DNA of 64,000 bases from an uncultured Acidimicrobiia bacterium. GTDB lineage: Bacteria; Pseudomonadota; Gammaproteobacteria; GCA-001735895. This document shows positions 39,683 through 47,944 of this stretch, piece after piece; the stretch's first letter is position 1; each line of letters starts with the position of its first letter. The stretch lies in assembly GCA_964195315.1 (NCBI GenBank), contig CAXMOZ010000113.1:2873-66872 (forward strand), in the 5' to 3' direction. A program made the position numbers and the translations under genes. The notes below the pieces were generated by a model, which ran no database searches, was not told the DNA's origin, and worked only from the letters and a program-made list of their open reading frames with translations.

Positions 39683-40570
39683 ATGAGTGATTTAAAAGGT
39701 ATTAATCTCGCGATGCAAACGCCATTTAATGATGATGGCAGTATCGATTATTCGCGTTGGCAAGAGCTGATCGATAGTTACATCGATGCGGGCGTTCATG
39801 GATTAGTGCTCGGTGCGGGCACTGGTCAGCACCCCTATTTGACGCAGGCAGAATGCAATAAGCTATATGAGCTAGGTGCCGCCAGAGTCAATGGTCGTTG
39901 TAATCTCATTATGCAAACCTCGGCGCTGATTGTTGATGAAGTGATTGAAAGGTCCAAACATGCTCAGGGGCTAGGGGCTGATGCGTTAATGATATTACCG
40001 CCTTATCTAGAAGGCCCGGAAGATGACGATGGCTTGTTTGAGTTCTATCGAACCATCGATGCGGCATTAGACTCATCCAAAGATACGGACATCATCGGTT
40101 ACAACATCCCACAAACGACAGGCATCGCTATTTCGGTCGACTTGTTTAAGCGTTTAAATCAACTAACGCATTTCAATTACATCAAAGATAGCGCCGGAGA
40201 TCTGGCAACCCATCAAGCCTATTTGCAAACCGGTTATAAAGTTCTCAACGGCGCTGATCCGACTACGGTGTTCGCCATGATCGCCGGGGCAACTGGCACA
40301 ATTTGGGGTGGCGCTAATTATATGCCGAAACAATGTGTTGCTTTGTATGAACTGGTTTCATCGGGTGATATTGCGGGTGCTATGAGCCTCTGGAATAAAA
40401 TGATTCCATCTCTACTGTATATATGGGAAGGCAATTATATTCCAAAGGTGAAAGTCGCCTGTCGCTTGCGTGGCTTCGATGGTGGGTCAGTCCGCGCACC
40501 ACTGAGACCGATCGGTCCCCATGAAGAAGCCGAGTTAGGCAGATGCCTGGCACTACTGGATGAGCTTTAA
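39683..40570 (+). CDS. Dihydrodipicolinate synthase/NAL family protein (probably not DapA itself)
   Basis: TPF..DGSID, GAGTGQ in place of GTTGE, YNIP, KDS Schiff-base Lys. Confidence 0.88.
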   Translation: MSDLKGINLAMQTPFNDDGSIDYSRWQELIDSYIDAGVHGLVLGAGTGQHPYLTQAECNKLYELGAARVNGRCNLIMQTSALIVDEVIERSKHAQGLGADALMILPPYLEGPEDDDGLFEFYRTIDAALDSSKDTDIIGYNIPQTTGIAISVDLFKRLNQLTHFNYIKDSAGDLATHQAYLQTGYKVLNGADPTTVFAMIAGATGTIWGGANYMPKQCVALYELVSSGDIAGAMSLWNKMIPSLLYIWEGNYIPKVKVACRLRGFDGGSVRAPLRPIGPHEEAELGRCLALLDEL

Positions 40571-40579
40571 TGGAAAGGA

Positions 40580-42103
40580 ATGATGGCAACTAAACGTAGA
40601 AGACTCGGTGGCAGTAAAGGGCGACATGCTGCAATTGCAAATAAAGCAATTGTCCATCATCCTTCTTTGCAACGTAAAATTCCTATTATGGAAGTAACGA
40701 ATCAGGAAGGTGTTGAGCTGATTCATGATTTTGCAATGCGTACAGCAGAGCAAATTGGTTGTGAATTTCAGGATGAGGAATCGATAGAGTATTGGCGTCA
40801 AACAAGCGCCGAAATAAAGGGGCAGAGAGTCTACATCGGTCGCGAAGAGTTGTTAGCGCTAGTAGCAAAAATCCCTTCTTCGTTTACCCATCATGCGCGT
40901 AATCCTGAGAGATCAGTCAAAGTTGGCGATGGTCATGCCGTCGTTTCACCTTCTTACGGCGCACCTTTTGTGCGTGATATGGATGGCGTGCGACGTTACG
41001 CGACGATGGAAGATTTAAACAATCTACAAAGACTCAATCATATGGCTTCATCAGTTCATATAGCAGGTGGTCCGATTGTGGAGCCTGTTGATATACCCGT
41101 GCCGTATCGTCATATGCACATGGCTTATAGTGGCCTTAAATATTCGGACAAACCCATCATCGGAAATGTGACATCACGCAGTCGTGCAGAAGATACGATG
41201 GAAATGATGAAGATCGTATTTGGTGCAGAGTTTGCAACTAATAATACGGTCACGACATCACTTATCAATGCCAATTCCCCACTGGTGTGGGATGAAACCA
41301 TGCTCGATGCCCTCAAGGTTTACGCGATGAATAATCAGGCCGTTATGTGCTCACCCTTTTCGATGGCTGCGGCTAGCACGCCAGCGAGTAATGTCGGGAC
41401 TATAGGCGTCGTATTAGCCGAGGCGCTAATGGCGATGGCGATGGCACAAATTATACGTCCTGGTTCTCCGATGGTGTTCGGTGTGCCAGCTATGACGGTT
41501 GCATTGAACAGTGGAGCCCCAGTGCATGGCTCACCCGATTCAGCCATGGTGCAATTTTTGGCGAATGCCATGGCGAGGTATTATAAGGTGCCTCATCGCG
41601 CCATTTTAAATGTGGCGACATCAAAGTCGGGTGACATGCAGGCGGCTTATGATTCGATGTGGGGATTGTTCCCAAGTATGTTATCCGATGCGAACTGGTT
41701 AACGATGGGTGGTGGCATGCTGGAAGGTGCGTTGACGGTTGGTTATGGCAAAACCATGATCGACTTCGAGCAGCTGGATGCTTTTTATCATTTTCTTCAA
41801 GGGCCAAAATTTGATGACATAGAAGAGGTTTTTCAATTGGCTAAAAAAATAGGGCCAGGTGGACACTTTTTAGGCGAAACTCACACTCTGGAAAGCAATT
41901 TATTTATCTTTGAATCGCAACATAATAATTCATTCGAGCAATGGGAGGTTGACGGCAAGCTCGATAGTGAGCAGGTAGGGATTAATAAAGCAAAATCCTG
42001 GCTGGAAAAGTATCAACTACCGGCTATGGACCCGGCATTAGATAATGCTTTGTTGGCCTATATCGCAAAACGAGAAAGTGAAATCCCACTGACTTTAAGC
42101 TAA
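40580..42103 (+). CDS. Trimethylamine methyltransferase (MttB) superfamily, non-pyrrolysine
   Basis: HARNP, YGAPFV.D, EPVD, NANSPL, DMQAAY, GPGGHFLG; no in-frame TAG. Confidence 0.92.
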   Translation: MMATKRRRLGGSKGRHAAIANKAIVHHPSLQRKIPIMEVTNQEGVELIHDFAMRTAEQIGCEFQDEESIEYWRQTSAEIKGQRVYIGREELLALVAKIPSSFTHHARNPERSVKVGDGHAVVSPSYGAPFVRDMDGVRRYATMEDLNNLQRLNHMASSVHIAGGPIVEPVDIPVPYRHMHMAYSGLKYSDKPIIGNVTSRSRAEDTMEMMKIVFGAEFATNNTVTTSLINANSPLVWDETMLDALKVYAMNNQAVMCSPFSMAAASTPASNVGTIGVVLAEALMAMAMAQIIRPGSPMVFGVPAMTVALNSGAPVHGSPDSAMVQFLANAMARYYKVPHRAILNVATSKSGDMQAAYDSMWGLFPSMLSDANWLTMGGGMLEGALTVGYGKTMIDFEQLDAFYHFLQGPKFDDIEEVFQLAKKIGPGGHFLGETHTLESNLFIFESQHNNSFEQWEVDGKLDSEQVGINKAKSWLEKYQLPAMDPALDNALLAYIAKRESEIPLTLS

Positions 42104-42429
42104 CTTTTCAATTGCGACGGTTCGCGCAGGTAGATTCAATGGATGGGTTCGTGCCATGCCCGAGCCGACCGGGCTGAAAAACACTTAAGGCTAATTGGGC
42201 CTCGGCGAACCTTTACTTCCTGTTTGATCGTTTGAGTTTTTGTGCAGTCGTGCAAGCGCGACATTCTTGTCGATTAATCTGCGAATGGCATTAAAAATGC
42301 GCATAGTCTCCAGTAGTCATCTGCAGGATCCCGCCAGAAAATACGATGCGAAGTAGCCTGGATAAAATATTTTTGCTCACAGTCTATTCACAGAATAATT
42401 CAAGCCACTAAATGCCTGCTTTTTTAATA

Positions 42430-42445
42430 TGTGATGCAAGTCACG
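42430..42445. promoter_or_regulatory. CRP-like site
   Basis: TGTGA-tgcaag-TCACG (9/10 match to TGTGA-N6-TCACA), about 130 bp upstream of the lipoprotein genes. Confidence 0.5.
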
Positions 42446-42570
42446 TTGAATTCGTAAATAAATCACAGTAAAACCTTCCGCCTGCTGTAAGATGCGAATG
42501 CCATGACCCCAAAATTTAGTAATTTTGACTAGAAGAACACTTAAATTTTCGAAAATATAAAGAGGTAAGG

Positions 42571-43278
42571 ATAAACAAACTTAAACTAGTAGCTGTATTT
42601 CTATTTACGTTTGTTCTTGCGGCCTGTGGTGGCGGGGCAGACGCAGATCCGGCTACGCAGATGCAACTATCCGGGGCAGCTACCTATACCTCCTGCCAGT
42701 TATCAACTACCGGTATAGTATATGCAGGCCCTATTACCAACCTATCCGTGGAGCGCTCGTACAGCCTCGATAAAATAAACACGATCGCCCTGGCAGAAAA
42801 CATAGCGAGTTCTAATGAATTTGAAATTATAAAGAACGTATCGGAGAACGCTGATTGGCCAAAAATCTACACTAACATTAACTCAGGAGTGCTGCCTGCC
42901 ATTTTCGATGCTGGTGGGTTCCCACTAAAGACCTGGAATAATTTTCGTCCAATCACCGCCGAGGACTCTGGTAGTAAGTTGTTTAATGCTCAATTTTTTC
43001 AAGCAACCATAGATACAACCGGTTGCCATACCATAACCGTTACGCCGACTGGCGCTTGACTTACTACTGGGAACGTAACCATAAAGTTTCCAAACGGCCT
43101 TGCGCTGGACGAAAGTTTGGTAACAGGAAACTTCAAACAAGGCTTGGCAGGCATGAGGACAGTCTCTTATCCGTGGGTCGAAGGTCAATTAGCCTTTGCG
43201 GTTGAGGCGACAAATGATGGTACGGGTGAAATGCCATTTACTGTCCTGATTGCATCAGCCATTAGTGCTTGTTCTTAA
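42571..43278 (+). pseudogene. Interrupted lipoprotein gene
   Basis: AGAGG RBS, then ATA-NKLKLVAVFLFTFVLAACGGG (lipobox), in frame with ORF 42661. A single TGA at 43057; the frame stays open to TAA at 43278. Confidence 0.7.
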
Positions 43279-43314
43279 AATTCGTCGCATTAAATTCACT
43301 AAAGAGTAGTACAT

Positions 43315-44373
43315 ATGAAGTTAGTTAAATTGAAAGTAGTCGCCAAAGCATTAATTCTCAGTTCGCTCACCGCTGGTCTCATCGCATGTGGCGGTGGTGG
43401 CGGCGGTACTCCTGCGACAGCTGTGCCAGTACCCGTAAGCGGTAAGCTGGTTCCCGAAGTTCGTACCAATGGTTTTTCAGCTGAATATGACAGTAATGCC
43501 AATTTCAAACTTGCTACAGATTCAGTAATCATCGGGCTAAATACTTTTGTTGAAGGCATCAAATCTGTTTTTAAGTGGCCATCTGACGTGCCGGTTGTGT
43601 TTGCAGGCTGTGGTCAAACAAATGCTTTCTTTAGCCCTGGTCTGGATTTCCATGCAGCGTTGCTTAATGATAATTCGACTATAGATCCTGCCGTTGTATT
43701 TGGTGGTAATGTTACGATTCCAGCAATCGTTATGTGCCATGAACTGACAGAAAAAATACTCAAGACGTTTTTTTTAGATGCAGCTACTGACGCGACAATT
43801 ATAAATGTCTTCAACCCCACTACGTCTACGGAATTGGATAGAGCTAAATTGGTAATTTCATATTTCTTTGGGATACAGGTTTTTCTGCATGAATTGGGCC
43901 ATGCTACGGACACACTATTGCTCAAGGACTTGAATAACACGATAAAGATGGCGCAATTTACAATCCCTTTGCCTAATACATGCGTGCAATTGGGTTGTGA
44001 CACTGCTGGGAATGATTTTGCCGATTGGATTTCATCAGCCACATTTATTGCCGCTTTACAAGATATTTTCAAAGCGGACCCCATTGAAGGCGCTAACCTT
44101 GTTAAAGCATGGGTAGTCGCTTTGAATGCCTGGCCAACTATTCTTGGCGGAGGCGGTGGCATTTCACACGGCCTTACCCAGGCGAGGCAAGTCAACATGC
44201 TTTGTTATGCCTGGGGTGCAATGCCAGAGATTAGAACGCTTGATGCTGCAGCAGGTAATCCTCTTCAGACGGCTATTACGAGTCAAAATCTAGATCCTAA
44301 CAATTGCGAAGCGACTTACAACACTAACAACGCTGCAACTACTGCACTTTTAACTCGTTTCGTCAACATCTAG
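43315..44373 (+). CDS. Lipoprotein with DUF4344-like zinc metallopeptidase domain
   Basis: Lipobox LIACGGGGG; CGQTNAFF, MCHEL, FLHELGH (HExxH), AD, H...QAR...LC..WG. Confidence 0.78.
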   Translation: MKLVKLKVVAKALILSSLTAGLIACGGGGGGTPATAVPVPVSGKLVPEVRTNGFSAEYDSNANFKLATDSVIIGLNTFVEGIKSVFKWPSDVPVVFAGCGQTNAFFSPGLDFHAALLNDNSTIDPAVVFGGNVTIPAIVMCHELTEKILKTFFLDAATDATIINVFNPTTSTELDRAKLVISYFFGIQVFLHELGHATDTLLLKDLNNTIKMAQFTIPLPNTCVQLGCDTAGNDFADWISSATFIAALQDIFKADPIEGANLVKAWVVALNAWPTILGGGGGISHGLTQARQVNMLCYAWGAMPEIRTLDAAAGNPLQTAITSQNLDPNNCEATYNTNNAATTALLTRFVNI

Positions 44374-44379
44374 TCCAGG

Positions 44380-44405
44380 GCGAAGCGCATGCAAGTGCGC
44401 TTCGC
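44380..44405 (+). terminator. Hairpin after the lipoprotein gene
   Basis: 10-bp stem GCGAAGCGCA/TGCGCTTCGC; weak U-tract. Confidence 0.5.
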
Positions 44406-44592
44406 TAAATGGTTTCCTCGCGTATGTAACCATCCATAACACCTTGACGGTGTTGTCGGTTAACGTCTTTATAATGTCTGAGCACTAGACCGGGCCATAT
44501 TTCAAAGCGGAGTATCTGTCGAATTTAAATGGTGCCGTACTAGGATATTTGAATCCATCCGGCCTGCGCGAGCACAAACACAGGAAAGATAA

Positions 44593-45219
44593 ATGAGAGA
44601 TGACCTAAAGATAAGTGTTCGAATCGTCGCATGTGCTGTATTGGCTTTCGCAACCAGTCTGGCCATGGCTTTCGATGCATCTAAAATACCATTCAAAACT
44701 AAAGAGACTAAAGCGGAAATCCTAAAGGACTTCGAACAGGCTCAAGAACGTGGGCGAAATTTTATTTTAGCGGTTGGTAGAGATGGCGCTTGGTCGAGCA
44801 AGTGGCTCAGGTCTGATTGGGAAAGCCATGAAGAGAGCGCGAGAATGGTGCGGGAAAAATGTGAACACTTATCAGATGGCGCATGCAATGTCGTTTATCA
44901 AAATGGTGAATGGATAGACTTCGAGAGTAGTTCAAGAATTCTCGAATACGTGACTACTTTTGACGCCAGTAAAATTCCGTTTGTTCAAGATGATACGCGC
45001 GAAAAATTAGCATCTAAGTATTCACCTAAATCAAAAAATAAGGCATTAGCCATCAGTCGGCACGGGCGTTATTGGTATGTGTATTCGAAGGAATCACCAG
45101 AAGAAGCCGCCGATGCAGCGCTTCACAAATGTAGAGGTGAGAAGAATTTTCCTTGTTTTGTTTATGCTATCAACGATGACGTAGTGTTTGATTCCAATAC
45201 AGTTATTTATCCGCAGTAG
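44593..45219 (+). CDS. Secreted protein with two internal repeats (DUF4189-like)
   Basis: Signal peptide ending AMA; 'FDASKIPF' twice, each unit with LA(V/I)..G and a C...C pair. Confidence 0.65.
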   Translation: MRDDLKISVRIVACAVLAFATSLAMAFDASKIPFKTKETKAEILKDFEQAQERGRNFILAVGRDGAWSSKWLRSDWESHEESARMVREKCEHLSDGACNVVYQNGEWIDFESSSRILEYVTTFDASKIPFVQDDTREKLASKYSPKSKNKALAISRHGRYWYVYSKESPEEAADAALHKCRGEKNFPCFVYAINDDVVFDSNTVIYPQ

Positions 45220-45733
45220 GGTTTCCTCTGGTCTCGACGCGCATGCTCATGCCTTGATTCATTTGGCAGCCTTTAAAGGCCTTCCGCCTACTGTCAATAT
45301 CCCTTTCACTTGCAATAATGGTGTCGATAGAGGTGCTGAGTATCTATATTAGTGGTTAGGCGTATTTTGTTCGGCAGATTGCCAGCGAGCGTTGACGTTT
45401 AGAGAAATGGATAACTGGGTGCTGAAGCGTTTGAGTGGCAGCGTTCAGTTATCTGTTTTATCGTTATCTGGCAGCAGCGCTTTTATCGCTTCAGGACCGG
45501 TTACTTTGGGCGGGAAGAGTGCCTGTCGAAGAACAGGGGGTTTTAGAGAGCTAAGCCCCACAGTAAAGGGTCAATAAAAGCCTAACTAGGCAGATATTCT
45601 ATACAAAGATGACTAACGTCAAACCGATCCAGTGAGTCAGAAATTAGCTGTCGAGCTTTTTATCGATCTGTAGAACGAGGGCAAGGTATCTTTCTGGTCT
45701 CGGCTCGTACACTAACCTTCCAATTTAATCAGT

Positions 45734-46126
45734 TCAAAGACAGGTGACATGCAGGAGGCTTAAGACTCGATGTGAGGGCCGTTCCCGAGCATGTTGTCGG
45801 ATGCTTTTTATCATTTTCTTCAAGGACCAAAATTTGATGACATAGAAGAGGTTTTTCAACGCGCTAAAAAAATAGGGCCAGACGGACACTTTTTAGGCGA
45901 AACCCACACTCTGGAAAGCAATTTATTTATTTTTGAATCGCAACATAATAATTCATTCGAACAATGGGAAGTTGATGGCAAGATGGAGAGTGAACAGGTC
46001 GGGGTTAATAAAGCCAGGAAATGGTTAAGACAGTATCAGACACCGCCTATGGATGAAGCGCTCGATGACGCTTTGCTGGCTTATATCGCAAAGCGAGAAA
46101 GTGAAATCCCACTGACGTTAAGCTGA
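45734..46126 (+). pseudogene. Truncated second copy of the mttB 3' end
   Basis: Aligns to 41621-42103; stops TAA 45761 and TGA 45773; 90-bp internal deletion. Confidence 0.9.
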
Positions 46127-46138
46127 TTTTTTGCTTAT

Positions 46139-47746
46139 CTAACCATCAACATTGTGTAACCCCCATGCTTTTAACAAGCCGGGCAGCAGCTTGTTCCAGT
46201 CCACTACGCCGCTACTATTAGCCCAGGCTTGATACTGTTTGAGTAGCTCAGTTTCAAGTCTGGCATTTTTACCGATTAGATTATTCAGTTCGGTTCGATC
46301 GGTTTCCATATCGTACAACTCCCAATTTTGATTATGCTGGCGCACCAGTTTGAACTGACCAAGGCGGATAGCGCTGTTGCCTTCATGCTCCCAGAAAATG
46401 GGTTGTTCGCGCTGCCATGTGTTGCCGTCGAGTAAATGCATGAGGGATTCGCCTTGTAGCGGTTGCGTTTCGTGACCGCCAATTTCATTTAAGTAGCTGC
46501 TGCCGCTGGCCTCTAAAATCGTGGGCATGATATCGATTACGTGACTCGCTGCATGACAGGTAAGGGGGTTTTTGAAGCGGTTCGGCCAATGGGCGATCAA
46601 GGGTGTAGATATGCCTCCTTCATGTACAAAGTGTTTATAGAGTCGGAACGGCGCGTTCGAGGCGTTGGCCCAGGGGCGGTCATAACTTTGGAAGGTGAGG
46701 GGGTCGCCGGGGCGTAGATTTTCGATATTGCCCTTTACTATTTTCTCGCCTGCATTGGTGAAGTCGGGGTAGCTTTGAGCCCAACCGTCTTCCGCCATAA
46801 ATTCGGCGCAGCCACCATTGTCGGATAAGAAAAGAATGAGCGTATCGTCATATTGATCGAGCTGTTTCAGGGTCGACATGATTCGGCCGATAGATTGATC
46901 CATGCGATCCACCATAGCCGCATAGACTGCCATCTTGCTCGCTTCCCAGTCTTTTAGCTTGATGTCGTTCCAGGCGGGCACTTCACTATCTCGGGGTGTC
47001 ATATTCCAGTTGGTTTGAAACAGTCCCCGACTATTCATTTCTTCGTGGCGATCGGTACGAGTCGCATCCCAGCCTTTATTATAAACGCCATCATATTTGG
47101 CAATATCTTCTTCATGGGCATGTAGTGGCCAGTGCGGTGCGGTATGTGCGAGGTAGAGGAAAAAAGGTTTATCCTCAGCCACCGCGCCTTGCATCATGTC
47201 GATGGCTTTATCGGTGATTGCGTCAGTGTAGTAAAACTCATCGGGAGACACTTCGATTCGGCCATCGTCTTCAATCATGTAATGGGGCGAAAAGAAATGT
47301 GTTGCGCCGTCATGAGTGCCATAAAAGCGATCAAACCCACGTTGGCGAGGGCCAGGATGATCGACATCACCGACATGCCAGCTATCATAATCACGAGCGC
47401 CAAAATCACCGCCTACATGCCATTTGCCTGACATTAATGTGCGATAACCAGATGCGCGCAAAACTTCGGCAATGGTGGCGCTGTCGTTACGCAAAAAACC
47501 CTGGTAAGCCTCACTACCCAGGTTGATGCCCATGTGTCCAATACCGGCATTGTGTGGATAGAGGCCGGTGAGTAACGATGCGCGGGTAGGACAGCAACGA
47601 GCGCAGTTGTACATGGAGGTTAGCAATACGCCATTATTTGCCAGCGTATCGATATTGGGTGTTTTTATTTCGGAACCGGTAATGCCTAAATCGGCAAAGC
47701 CCATGTCATCTACCAGTACCAAAATAATATTAGGCCGTTTCTGCAT
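46139..47746 (-). CDS. Arylsulfatase (formylglycine type, cytoplasmic)
   Basis: RPNII..DDMG, CCPTRASLLTG, GKWH, APHWPL, SDNG; no signal peptide. Confidence 0.92.
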   Translation of the reverse strand: MQKRPNIILVLVDDMGFADLGITGSEIKTPNIDTLANNGVLLTSMYNCARCCPTRASLLTGLYPHNAGIGHMGINLGSEAYQGFLRNDSATIAEVLRASGYRTLMSGKWHVGGDFGARDYDSWHVGDVDHPGPRQRGFDRFYGTHDGATHFFSPHYMIEDDGRIEVSPDEFYYTDAITDKAIDMMQGAVAEDKPFFLYLAHTAPHWPLHAHEEDIAKYDGVYNKGWDATRTDRHEEMNSRGLFQTNWNMTPRDSEVPAWNDIKLKDWEASKMAVYAAMVDRMDQSIGRIMSTLKQLDQYDDTLILFLSDNGGCAEFMAEDGWAQSYPDFTNAGEKIVKGNIENLRPGDPLTFQSYDRPWANASNAPFRLYKHFVHEGGISTPLIAHWPNRFKNPLTCHAASHVIDIMPTILEASGSSYLNEIGGHETQPLQGESLMHLLDGNTWQREQPIFWEHEGNSAIRLGQFKLVRQHNQNWELYDMETDRTELNNLIGKNARLETELLKQYQAWANSSGVVDWNKLLPGLLKAWGLHNVDG

Positions 47747-47944
47747 GTTTTATTTTGCTGATTGAATTTGGCTTAATATAGCAGTATCAATGTACTATCG
47801 GAACACTGGTTCTTATTGCTACAGCTCGATGTTTGATTTGTCTCCATAAGGCAGGCCGTTTCAGTGTTTTTTTTCAGTGCAATTGTCATATAGCTAAATA
47901 GGATAGATCTACTGCCAATTACACGTATAGATGAGCAAATTACT

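Larger units (their letters stand above)
42104..45733. mobile_element. Accessory island bounded by direct copies of the mttB 3' end
   Basis: 41621-42103 is repeated at 45734-46126; cargo is unrelated exported proteins; no integrase seen. Confidence 0.55.

Noticed and set aside
40580-42103. Pyrrolysine-containing trimethylamine methyltransferase
   Set aside because: The frame has no TAG and there are no pyl genes; it is a non-Pyl homologue, so trimethylamine cannot be assumed as substrate
43057-43059. Selenocysteine or genome-wide TGA recoding
   Set aside because: No redox motif or evident SECIS, and TGA is used as a normal stop elsewhere in the window
44411-45720. Similar 'tttcctc/tttctggtctcg' motifs near 44411, 45220 and 45691 as cassette boundaries
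   Set aside because: Matches are short and degenerate and cannot be separated from chance by eye
45350-45720. ORF 45392-45577 (+) or a minus-strand gene remnant
   Set aside because: The plus ORF looks like antisense shadow; the minus frames have several stops and no recognisable family
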